DNA from: Candidatus Electronema halotolerans | GTDB lineage: Bacteria > Desulfobacterota > Desulfobulbia > Desulfobulbales > Desulfobulbaceae | NCBI GenBank assembly: GCA_942493095.1 | Contig: OW818675.1 | Location: 2,850,001-2,882,000, forward strand | Direction of reading: 5' to 3' | Length of the DNA: 32,000 nucleotides | In this document: in pieces, positions 17,073-25,257 of the stretch | Layout: every line of letters starts with the position of its first letter | How positions within the stretch are numbered: position 1 is the first letter of the stretch | Made by a program: the position numbers and the translations under genes | Notes under the pieces: generated by a model | What the model was told of the DNA's origin: nothing | Database searches by the model: none | What the model saw: only the letters and a program-made list of their open reading frames with translations

Positions 17073-18007
17073 TCAGAGAATCCCGAACAGCTCCCGTGGA
17101 AAACCGGAATTGTCCGGGAAGCCCATTGCAGTGAAGGGGCAGGGATCAAGAGCAGGCTTGCTGTCCACAAGATCGGCAATCTTGTTGATCCAAGTCGAGC
17201 TTGGCCCGATCTTCTTCACAAGATACCAGACAGCCGCCACCTGCCCGTATATTCTGCGTCTTGCATTAAGATCGAGATTGAGGCTCTGAAAATACTGGTC
17301 TGCTTCAAATCCCTTCAGGCTGATCGGGTTTGCGGAGGCACGGTTCCAGATTCTGGCATGATGGGCGCATTTGTTGCGTAATATATTGATCTCGGCAAGC
17401 CAATTTATCAGCGTGGAAGGTTTTGCGAATCCTATGCGTTGAATTATCTTCTGCTGGCATCTACCGTTCAGATTTTCAAAATATTTCGACATCATACCGA
17501 AATCCCAGCACTCGATAACAACCCAGAAAGGAATAGGCAGCCCTCTTTCCCGGTGCCAGACTATGCAGTCTTCCTTGCTGCTGTTTATCAAATTGCAAAG
17601 CCTGCTCATCCATTCATACCAGTGGTTGACGGCCTTGCCGTTTTTCTGTTTCGTTGCGGTGACTTTTGGATTTACAAATTCTTCCTTCTCATAGGCGAGC
17701 GGATCAATCTTCCCTATTTCATGGGCAATGATGCTGCGCATATAAATTTCAATCCGTTCGATCCCGTCCAGCATGAGCTGGCGCAGTTTTTTATCAAACA
17801 GATACAGGTTGATTATATCGTTAAAATTGATATTGTCCTGAAATCTGTCATCCCGGACAGGCAGGCCCGTCTGTGAATCTTTGAGGAAATTGCCGTTATC
17901 GTCAAATTTTGGGCATCTGCACGGATACCAGAAACCGCTTAACCGGTAGTATCCGATTTGAGACAGCTTGCGGATTGCCCTTGCCTCGTCGGGAATAAAC
18001 ATTCCCC
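17073..18007 (-). pseudogene. Abi-like (AbiD/AbiF, Abi_2-type) abortive infection gene, 3' portion (codons 25-333), severed from its 5' end by IS insertion
   Basis: The residual 309-aa ORF begins MFIPDEARAIRKLSQIGYYRLSGFWYP, which is the Abi_2 core (L..IgYYRLsgY). The missing N-terminus is found at 20881-20955, beyond the IS66-type element. Confidence 0.75.
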
Positions 18008-18011
18008 GTAA

Positions 18012-19193
18012 CTACTCCTTACCATCCATCACTTTTTCGCAATGTAAAAAACAAGGGAGGCAGGGGACGGAGCATCTGAGCGTATCTTCTGAGCAGCCTG
18101 AGTCCTCTTTTGAAATAAGAACAGACACTTCTCCAAGTTTTTCTGACGACTGGCGGCAGCTCATGCTGTTCCGCATCCTTGTCGGCAACGTCGTCAAATC
18201 CGAAATTTTCAGTTTTTTTTCTCTTAGAAGCGGGTTCCGCATCCTGTCGCGGAGTCCGGCGAGTACGCACCAGTGCATGGCGACCGAGAGGATCAGCATC
18301 AGTCTGGCGATTCTGTCGGCGCGCTCCAGTTTTGTGTCCTCCAGACCGAACCCCCTGGTTTTGAAATCGCTGAACATGGCCTCGCATCCCCAGCGCATGC
18401 CGTAATCAAGTGTTTTATAATAATTTGGCTCAGTTCCTCCGACTGCCAGCAGCCAAGGCTCATCATGTCCCGGCTCCTGGAGAATGCTTAAATTTGTCTG
18501 AACCCGCTGTTCTGTCAGATAAATATTTTTCATAAGCAGTTCCTTGCGACCTTTCTTTTCAGCAGGAACAAGGTCCGCAAGAGATGTCTCATCGCCGGCC
18601 TCATTGAAAACTTTAAGATTTTCCTTGAGGCGGAGCCGATAATCCCAGCCGCTGCGGTGGCAGAATGCAATCAGCGGCGCTTGACCGTAAAAACGGTCGC
18701 CGAGCAGCAGCACTCTGCTGCCCTCTGGAAGGAATGATTTTATTTTTTCAAGAAGTTCCATGCAGATATCCGAGCCGATATTGCCCTGTCCTTTTCGGAC
18801 CCGCCATAGCAGAGGCAGGGCCCGACCGCCGAAGCGCAATGACAGCGAAAGAATGCCGAAACGGTCGGATAGCTGCGTCTGGTCAATGCACAGAATCAGC
18901 GTTTCTCCCGAAGCGGAGGCCGTCTCCAATGCCTGACGGATGAAAGGCCGCATCACATCATCATTGTCGATTGAGTCTGTGCTCAGGAAACGGCTTAACC
19001 ACTGATATCGCATGTCAATCCGTTCTGTTTCCAGCGGAAGGACAGCCGCCATGTCCATAGTATTGCAACTCTGAACTTCCAAAACCGCCGCCGCGCACAA
19101 GCTTAACTTGCGCAGAGGATTCCTGTTAATTCCGGGCAAAACGTCCCGCAGGCCGGACGAGATTTCCTCTGCCAGATGACTGATCGTGCTCAT
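18012..19193 (-). CDS. IS4-family DDE transposase
   Basis: 393 aa. The Y-x2-R-x3-E-x6-K signature is present (YGMRWGCEAMFSDFK), along with LLGDRFY. The stop codon lies in or just beyond the terminal repeat. Confidence 0.8.
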   Translation of the reverse strand: MSTISHLAEEISSGLRDVLPGINRNPLRKLSLCAAAVLEVQSCNTMDMAAVLPLETERIDMRYQWLSRFLSTDSIDNDDVMRPFIRQALETASASGETLILCIDQTQLSDRFGILSLSLRFGGRALPLLWRVRKGQGNIGSDICMELLEKIKSFLPEGSRVLLLGDRFYGQAPLIAFCHRSGWDYRLRLKENLKVFNEAGDETSLADLVPAEKKGRKELLMKNIYLTEQRVQTNLSILQEPGHDEPWLLAVGGTEPNYYKTLDYGMRWGCEAMFSDFKTRGFGLEDTKLERADRIARLMLILSVAMHWCVLAGLRDRMRNPLLREKKLKISDLTTLPTRMRNSMSCRQSSEKLGEVSVLISKEDSGCSEDTLRCSVPCLPCFLHCEKVMDGKE

Positions 19194-19282
19194 ATTTCAC
19201 AGAGTTTGAATAAACGAATTGTTTTTTCAATCTTTTTACTCCGGCGTTCAAGCTCTGTCAAGAAAAGTGATGGATGGTAAGG
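18017..19282 (-). mobile_element. IS4-family insertion sequence nested in the left end of the IS66-family element
   Basis: It has perfect 20-bp terminal inverted repeats CCTTACCATCCATCACTTTT (18017-18036 and the complement of 19263-19282). An 8-bp direct repeat TAACTACT flanks it (18009-18016 and 19283-19290). Length 1266 bp. Confidence 0.85.
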
Positions 19283-19345
19283 TAACTACTCAGGCATCCG
19301 CCAAGCCTCTTGACAAAATCAACAGGTAAAGATTATGCTGCCGTT

Positions 19346-20818
19346 ATGAATTTCAGTGTTCCTAGTGAAAAAGAAGTCCGTGCTGCATACGCAGAAGGCG
19401 AAGAAGCGGTCGTCGCCCTGTTTAGCAGTATAACTGCGCAGGTTGAAAACCTCGCCGCTCAGTCAGCCAAGCAGTCCGAGATATTGAAGGATTTGCAGGC
19501 CCGGCTGTCGAAAAACAGTCGGAACAGCGGAAAACCGCCTTCGAGCGATGGATACGGTAAAGCGAAGCGAACGGAAAGTCTGAGAGAGTCCGGCAGGAAG
19601 CCGAACGGCGGCCAGCCAGGTCATCAAGGGCATACTCTTGAGCGGTCTGCGGCGCCGGATTCTACGGAGAGGTATAAACCCGAGGAATGCGCGGCTTGCA
19701 AAATGTCGCTTGCGGATGTCGTCGCTGTCGGAGAGGAGGAACGGCAGGTTTATGATATTCCGGCGATTCGGATTGAAGTGACCTCGCATCGAGCGGAAAT
19801 AAAAATCTGTCCCGGCTGCGGCACGGAAAACAGAGGCAAATTCCCGGAAAACGTCGGACAGGGCATCCGTTACGGCACGGGGGTAAAAACTTGGGCGGCA
19901 TATTTCGCGAACCAGCATCATATTCCGCTTGAACGGGCTGCGCAGATTATCGAAGACCTGACCGGGCATTCCGTCTCCGAGGGTTCGCTGCTGAAGGCAT
20001 CGGAAGAGCTTTGCGGATGCGTGCGTCCTTCAACGGAAGCAGTCGAAAAACTGCTCATGAATACCGATGTGTTACATGCCGATGAAAGCGGAGTCCGCGT
20101 GAAAGGGAAGCTGCACTGGCTGCATGTCGCTTCGACGAACTGCCTCACCCATTATTCGGTGCATGAAAAACGGGGAAAAGAGGCGATGGACGCAGCGGGA
20201 ATCCTTGGAAAGTTCACAGGAACAGCGACGCATGATCATTGGAAATCGTACTTCAGCTATGAAAACTGCGGTCATGCGCTGTGCAATGCGCATCATCTCC
20301 GGGAACTCAAGTTCATAGAAAAACAGTACGGACAAGTTTGGGCCGACGAGATGGCCGAGCTGCTGCTTGAAATAAAAGGCGCGGCTGAAAAGCTGAAGCC
20401 GGATCGGGACGGCTTCACGCCGGAGAAGATCGAAGAATTTGAGCGGCGGTATGATGAAATCGTCCGACGGGGTTTTGCGGACAATCCGTTCACTCCGCCT
20501 AATGAGAAAAAACGAGGACGGGTGAAGAAGACTCCGCCGCTCAATTTGCTGACACGGATGCGTGATTACAGGGCGGAGACCCTCGCATTCATGTATGATT
20601 TCCGGGTTCCGTTCGACAACAACGCGGCGGAAAGAGATGTGCGGATGATCAAGGTCAAGCAGAAGGTTTCCGGCTGCTTCCGAACACTTGAGGGGGCAGA
20701 ACGATTCGCCTGTATCCGGGGATATATCTCCACGGTCCGTAAAAATTCAAGAAACATTTTTGAAGCGATCAAAGATGCTTTCCTTGGAAGTCCTTTTATC
20801 CCCGATGCCGCAGTATAA
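19346..20818 (+). CDS. IS66-family transposase (TnpC-type)
   Basis: An N-terminal coiled coil is followed by KNSRNSGKPPSSDGYGK, a CxxC...CxxC zinc-finger region (CAACK, CPGCG) and HADESG..V.GK.HWLHV, all typical of IS66 TnpC. The ORF track uses TTG 19310. I prefer ATG 19346. Confidence 0.85.
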   Translation: MNFSVPSEKEVRAAYAEGEEAVVALFSSITAQVENLAAQSAKQSEILKDLQARLSKNSRNSGKPPSSDGYGKAKRTESLRESGRKPNGGQPGHQGHTLERSAAPDSTERYKPEECAACKMSLADVVAVGEEERQVYDIPAIRIEVTSHRAEIKICPGCGTENRGKFPENVGQGIRYGTGVKTWAAYFANQHHIPLERAAQIIEDLTGHSVSEGSLLKASEELCGCVRPSTEAVEKLLMNTDVLHADESGVRVKGKLHWLHVASTNCLTHYSVHEKRGKEAMDAAGILGKFTGTATHDHWKSYFSYENCGHALCNAHHLRELKFIEKQYGQVWADEMAELLLEIKGAAEKLKPDRDGFTPEKIEEFERRYDEIVRRGFADNPFTPPNEKKRGRVKKTPPLNLLTRMRDYRAETLAFMYDFRVPFDNNAAERDVRMIKVKQKVSGCFRTLEGAERFACIRGYISTVRKNSRNIFEAIKDAFLGSPFIPDAAV

Positions 20819-20825
20819 AACGAGT

Positions 20826-20862
20826 AAGGCCGTCTTCAGCACTTCTGAAAACGGCCTTTTTT
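20826..20862 (+). terminator. hairpin plus T-run inside the right end of the IS66-type element
   Basis: Stem AAGGCCGT (20826-20833) pairs with ACGGCCTT (20851-20858) and runs into T6. Confidence 0.55.
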
Positions 20863-20880
20863 GTCAGGCTGAGTAGTTAC

Positions 20881-20955
20881 CATTCCCCGTTCTTTGAGAC
20901 GGGCAACCAGTTCAGAATATTCTAAATGAGGCTTGACGACAGGAGGGGAAGGCAT
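20881..20955 (-). pseudogene. 5' fragment (codons 1-25) of the IS-disrupted Abi gene
   Basis: The minus-strand translation is MPSPPVVKPHLEYSELVARLKERGM. After removing 18008-20888 it joins in frame to FIPDEARAIRKL..., giving a 333-aa Abi_2-like protein with the usual ..L.Y.E.V..LK.RG. N-terminus. Confidence 0.75.
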
Positions 20956-21029
20956 GGGCAGCAGAAACAAGAAGGCCCGACCGTGATACAGATCATGTCT
21001 GTAACAGGGGATCGGGCACGGTTATGTAT

Positions 21030-21057
21030 ATAATACAACAACAGGGTAATTTGTCAA
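21030..21057 (-). promoter_or_regulatory. candidate sigma-70 promoter of the Abi gene
   Basis: On the minus strand, TTGACA (21052-21057) is followed by 16 nt and then TATTAT (21030-21035), about 75 nt upstream of the Abi ATG at 20955. Confidence 0.4.
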
Positions 21058-21098
21058 TATCTGGAGGAAGAACCGCTGTTTTTTTATCATGCAAGAAA

Positions 21099-21395
21099 TT
21101 ACCCGTGCTGGCGAATTGCTCCGAGCTGTTCGGCAGTTCGGGTCAGCAGACAACCCAAGGCATTAAGGCGTGCTCCCGCAATTTGAAAGTACTGTTCATC
21201 TGCCAAATATACTTCATATCTCAAGCGGTCAAAAGTTTTCTGGTGCATATTCTTGGGCTTGAACAGAACAAGTTCCATCAGGCTTTCAGAAGCGTTTAAC
21301 CGTCTTCTTATCTTTCTGGATTTGCGGGCAAGCCGGGCGCATCTGTCTTCCTGCTGGCTTGCATATAAACATTCAGGCCATGAAGGAAAGCAAGG
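21099..21395 (-). pseudogene. 5'-truncated and frameshifted remnant of a small conserved hypothetical gene (..YASQ.E...KIR.RL...KPKGMH.RT.ERL.. family)
   Basis: Directly after the hsdR stop, in the same frame, the sequence reads PCFPSWPECLYASQQEDRCARLARKSRKIRRR*. After a 1-nt shift it continues (L)NASESLMELVLFKPKNMHQKTFDRLRYEVYLADEQYF...RQHG*. From memory, both halves resemble one widespread hypothetical-protein family. Confidence 0.3.
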
Positions 21396-24300
21396 TCATC
21401 TTGCCGCTGCATTCATCCGAGCATAGACCTTGTTCCGCATCCATGTCCTGACCACGCCGCCGAACTCTTCATTCCCCAATATCTTTTCAAAGAGCTGCTG
21501 GTTCTGCTCCATGCGTTCAACAAGCATTCTCTCGAACAGCTCATCAAAGGGATATTTGAAGGTGTCAACGCTGTTGGCCTCAGCCTGTGTCTGCAAGGTC
21601 TGATCCTGCATCAGGCCAGTTTCAATCTGATCAAAGAAGAGCCGGTCGGTTTCATTCAGCTCCGTGCCGAACCGCTCATTGAGCAGCTCGATGATTTCAG
21701 AGAGGGCCGCCTTTTCCTCCTTGTCCCTCTTGATTCCCGCTTCAGTTATTCCGTCCAGCTCTCCATCCGTGTTTGCCGCAAGCTCTATAGCCCCTTCTTT
21801 GATCTTTTGCAGGCGGTAGTATTCCAAGGCAATTTCATCAGTCACCCGCATCTGTTCGGACAAATCGCCCTTGGGCAGCTTGCTGCATAACAGGCGGGCA
21901 TAGGCAAAAAACTTCTCAAAGTCCGGCTCATGGAAGGGCATAATCTGGGCCATGAACGCATACAGCTTGCACCAAGTGCGCAGCCCCTTCCTGAATTCGT
22001 CCTTTTCCTCTTGGCTTGCTATGGCCGTATAGCGGTCAACAGCCGGATCAAGGCAGGCGTTCAGCTCGCCCTGCGTCCTGCTGCTCATCCGGGCGGCAGG
22101 CTGAAAGTAAATGCGGGCGAACGCCTCAACTTCAGACTGCCAGTAAATCTGCTTGGCATCCAGCTTGCCTTTCAGGTCATAGAGATGATTCGGGGACGGC
22201 TCATCTTTGCCTGCGGTCAGCTCATAGTAGGGCTGAAAGGATTGCAGAATGGTCTCCCGGTCATTGGCAAAGTCCAAGACAAAGGTGTCTTCCTTGCCCG
22301 GACAGGTGCGGTTGAGGCGGGAAAGAGTCTGCACCGCCTTGACCCCGGCCAGCTTCTTGTCCACGTACATGGTGTGCAGGAGCGGCTGATCAAAGCCGGT
22401 CTGAAACTTGTCGGCGCAGATGAGAATTTTGTATTCATCGCGTTCAAAGAGTGTCGGCAGCTCACTTTCACGGCAGCCGGTGAGCTGCGGTTCAGTCACG
22501 CCGTCCGGGGAATCATCGTCAATTACCTTGCCGGAAAAGGCCACCAGAACCTTGATATCGTGACAGTGCTTCTCGGCAAGCTGCCGTTTGAACTCATCAA
22601 AATAGCGTTTGGCATGAAGCCGGGAGCCAGTCACCAGCATGGCCTTGGCTCTGCCGCCTATTTGCTTGCTGACCACTTCCCGGAAATGCCTGATGATGAT
22701 TTCCGTTTTCTGGGCCAGATTATGCGGATGCAACGAGATGAAGCGGCCTATGGCCTGCGCTGTTTTCTTTTTGTTGAGCTGCGGATCATCTTCAATGGCT
22801 TTGGAGAGCCGGTAATACAGCTCATAGGTGGTGTAATGCGCCAGCACGTCGAGAATGAAGCCCTCTTCAATCGCCTGCCGCATCGAATAGAGGTGAAAGG
22901 GCTGCGGCCTGCCTTGGCTGTCCTTCCGGCCAAAGACCTCCAAGGTCTTAAATTTCGGCGTGGCGGTGAACGCGAAAAAAGACAGGTTTTTCTGTTGGCC
23001 CCGGACAGCGCAGGCTTTCTCCACCATGTCCCGGATTTCATCTTCCGGGTCATAGTCAGAGGCTTCCGCCTGCTCCGCTTCCTCCAAGGATTTGGCCATG
23101 AGCGCGGCTTTCATTTTATTGCTGGCCTCGCCGCCTTGGGAGCTGTGGGCCTCATCAATGAGCACGGCGTAGCGGCGTTCCGGCAGGTCTTTGACCGCCT
23201 CAAGGACAAAGGGAAACTTCTGCAAGGTGGTGATGATGACCGGCACGCAGCGTTGCAGAGCCTCGGCAAGCTGGCTGCTGCCCTTGTCGATTCGCTGCAC
23301 CACGCCGGTTTTATGCTCGAACTGATAGACCGTGTTTTGCAACTGCTGATCCAAGACCCTGCGGTCAGTAACCAAGATCACCGCGTCAAAGATGCGCTCA
23401 TCTGCGGCATTGTGCAGGCTGGCCAGCCGGTAGGCCAGCCATGCGATGGTGTTGCTTTTGCCTGATCCGGCGGAATGCTGAATCAGATAATTTTTGCCCG
23501 CGCCCTGCTCCCGGACATCTGCGGTTATTTTCCGCACTGCATCAAGCTGATGAAAGCGGGGAAAGATCAGCTTTTCCTTTTTCACAGTGCGGTTGTCCAC
23601 CTGCTCTTCTTCAACATGCAGATGAGCAAATCGCTGCAAGATTTCCAGCAGGCTGTCTTTGGCAAGAATTTCCTCCCAGAGATAGGCGGTTTTGCAGCCT
23701 TCCCGCGTCGGCGGATTGCCTTTGCCGTGGTCACAGCCGCGATTGAAGGGCAGCCAGAAGGTCTGGGAGCCGTTCAGCCGGGTGGTCATCCAAACTTCAT
23801 CTGCATCAACCGCGAAATACACCAAGGCCCGTTTTTTGAAGGCAAAGAGCAGTTCCTTGCTGTCGCGGGTGCTGGCGTACTGGCGTTTGGCGTGGTTGGC
23901 ATTCTGACCGGTGAGCTGGTTTTTCAGCTCGACAGTGGCCACCGGCACCCCGTTCAGAGAGAGCACCAGATCAACGGAGTTCTTGTTTTTGCTGCTGTAA
24001 TAGACCTGCCTGCACACGGCAAGACGGTTCTGGCGGTACAGCTCGGCAGTGTCCGGGTTCAGGCCGCTTTCCGGCTTGAAACAGGCCATGCGGAATCGGA
24101 CTCCGTACTCAGTGAAGCCGTTGCGGAGAACGTCGAGAGAGCCGCGCAAGTCCATTTCCTGACAGAGGCGGTGAATCACCTTGCCTGCTGCCGCGTCGCC
24201 GTGAATGGCGGCAAGACGCGCCCAAGCGTGCGGCTGGGTGCATTGCAGGAAGGCAAGCAGCTCCTGCTTGAACAGGCCGGTTTCCGGGTCATACTCCGCA

Positions 24301-24413
24301 GACTGGCCCTGCGCATAGCCGCCGCGTTCAGTCAGGCTGGCGACTATGGCGGATTCAAAAGACGCTTCACTGGTGATGGAGATTGGAGAATTGACAGTTG
24401 ACAATGTGTTCAC
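21396..24413 (-). CDS. hsdR: type I restriction enzyme, R subunit
   Basis: 1005 aa. It has an N-terminal nuclease region, helicase motif I (HSAGSGKSNT) and a DEAH box (LIDEAHSSQ), plus downstream SF2 motifs. The annotated start is GTG 24411-24413. TTG at 24402-24404 has better spacing from a GAGGGG. Confidence 0.9.
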   Translation of the reverse strand: MNTLSTVNSPISITSEASFESAIVASLTERGGYAQGQSAEYDPETGLFKQELLAFLQCTQPHAWARLAAIHGDAAAGKVIHRLCQEMDLRGSLDVLRNGFTEYGVRFRMACFKPESGLNPDTAELYRQNRLAVCRQVYYSSKNKNSVDLVLSLNGVPVATVELKNQLTGQNANHAKRQYASTRDSKELLFAFKKRALVYFAVDADEVWMTTRLNGSQTFWLPFNRGCDHGKGNPPTREGCKTAYLWEEILAKDSLLEILQRFAHLHVEEEQVDNRTVKKEKLIFPRFHQLDAVRKITADVREQGAGKNYLIQHSAGSGKSNTIAWLAYRLASLHNAADERIFDAVILVTDRRVLDQQLQNTVYQFEHKTGVVQRIDKGSSQLAEALQRCVPVIITTLQKFPFVLEAVKDLPERRYAVLIDEAHSSQGGEASNKMKAALMAKSLEEAEQAEASDYDPEDEIRDMVEKACAVRGQQKNLSFFAFTATPKFKTLEVFGRKDSQGRPQPFHLYSMRQAIEEGFILDVLAHYTTYELYYRLSKAIEDDPQLNKKKTAQAIGRFISLHPHNLAQKTEIIIRHFREVVSKQIGGRAKAMLVTGSRLHAKRYFDEFKRQLAEKHCHDIKVLVAFSGKVIDDDSPDGVTEPQLTGCRESELPTLFERDEYKILICADKFQTGFDQPLLHTMYVDKKLAGVKAVQTLSRLNRTCPGKEDTFVLDFANDRETILQSFQPYYELTAGKDEPSPNHLYDLKGKLDAKQIYWQSEVEAFARIYFQPAARMSSRTQGELNACLDPAVDRYTAIASQEEKDEFRKGLRTWCKLYAFMAQIMPFHEPDFEKFFAYARLLCSKLPKGDLSEQMRVTDEIALEYYRLQKIKEGAIELAANTDGELDGITEAGIKRDKEEKAALSEIIELLNERFGTELNETDRLFFDQIETGLMQDQTLQTQAEANSVDTFKYPFDELFERMLVERMEQNQQLFEKILGNEEFGGVVRTWMRNKVYARMNAAAR

Positions 24414-24483
24414 CCCTCGCTGCGGTCGAACTTGATAACCAAGGTGCTCTTGGCAGGCCTTGGGTTAGGCGTTACGCAGTTGA

Positions 24484-24561
24484 GCATGGTTTCGATTCAA
24501 TCAAATGCATGCATTCGTGCCAATCAAATGCATGGTTTCGATCCGATCAAATGCATGCATT
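24484..24561. repeat. direct repeats in the hsdS-hsdR spacer (2 x 32 bp; the 12-mer ATCAAATGCATG occurs 3 times)
   Basis: GCATGGTTTCGATTCAATCAAATGCATGCATT (24484-24515) and GCATGGTTTCGATCCGATCAAATGCATGCATT (24530-24561) match at 30/32. ATCAAATGCATG sits at 24500, 24523 and 24546, a 23-bp period. It contains the palindrome ATGCAT. Confidence 0.85.
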
Positions 24562-24567
24562 TGTATG

Positions 24568-25257
24568 TTACGAATGCGTAGAGTTGTGTTGTACGGAGGC
24601 ATAGTCTCTTACGTCAATCTTGCCAGTCACGGCTTCGGAAATTAATGCGGTGCGGTATTCCTTGAGCAGCTCGATTTGCCGCTCTTTCTTGGCAATCAGG
24701 CTGTCTATTTCTGCGGTCTTGCGGTCAAGGAAAGCGGCAATGGTGGTTTGTTCTTGGAGACAAGGGATTGCACAATAAAAAGATTTATATTTCTCAACAG
24801 AAAGGGATGGAACAGCCCCAGGATTAACAAACCAATCAAAATCAATAATGCTATGTAGGTAGAAATTAAAATTCCAATTCAACTTATCTGGTTCTATTCC
24901 AATACAATTATTATCAATAATACACGATTTTAAGATTATTTTTCTATGATTTTTCCTTAAAGATTCACCGATCTTAGCCGTTACAAGTGAATTCACAGGA
25001 ATAAGATTCCAATTATGCTTTTCAATGGTATCTTTAGAAACATAATTATTCGCTTTTTCAACATATTTTTCATTGCCGTTAATATCGCTAACCTTTAAAA
25101 AAGGTATATCTCCATCAAGATTACCTTGCTCATCATGAGGAAAGCCATTTCCTGAATGATCTTTTACAAGGTATTTTACCTTTACAACTGCCCACTCTTC
25201 AGGTAATTCACCAATCCACTCAACCCCTGAATCTTTGTATTTCGGATAAGGCTTCAT
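24568..25257 (-). CDS. hsdS: type I restriction-modification specificity subunit, half-size (single target-recognition domain)
   Basis: 229 aa. The N-terminus is the typical GVEWIGELPEEW..VKVKYL. There is one AT-rich TRD and then one conserved helical region (LQEQTTIAAFLDRKTAEIDSLIAKKERQIELLKEYRTALISEAVTGKIDVR). The start overlaps the hsdM stop (ATGA). Confidence 0.85.
   Translation of the reverse strand: MKPYPKYKDSGVEWIGELPEEWAVVKVKYLVKDHSGNGFPHDEQGNLDGDIPFLKVSDINGNEKYVEKANNYVSKDTIEKHNWNLIPVNSLVTAKIGESLRKNHRKIILKSCIIDNNCIGIEPDKLNWNFNFYLHSIIDFDWFVNPGAVPSLSVEKYKSFYCAIPCLQEQTTIAAFLDRKTAEIDSLIAKKERQIELLKEYRTALISEAVTGKIDVRDYASVQHNSTHS

Larger units (their letters stand above)
18008..20880 (+). 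mobile_element. IS66-family (single-ORF, ISBst12-like) insertion sequence, itself interrupted by a nested IS4-family element
   Basis: The ends are GTAACTACTCAG... (18008-18016 continuing at 19291) and ...CTGAGTAGTTAC (20869-20880). An 8-bp direct repeat CATTCCCC flanks it (18000-18007 and 20881-20888). It is about 1.6 kb without the nested element. Confidence 0.8.

Noticed and set aside
21024-21299. 91-aa plus-strand ORF between hsdR and the Abi 5' fragment
   Set aside because: The opposite strand shows family-like sequence (the gene remnant) and a consensus promoter for Abi. The plus-strand translation has no recognisable features.
21930-24401. Long plus-strand ORFs (511 aa and 308 aa) antisense to hsdR
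   Set aside because: They are shadow ORFs of the 1005-aa HsdR gene. They have no recognisable motifs and a biased R/G/L/A composition.
24398-24604. 68-aa plus-strand ORF across the hsdS-hsdR spacer
   Set aside because: It is made up of the ATGCAT-containing repeats and overlaps both flanking genes on the opposite strand. It has no SD.
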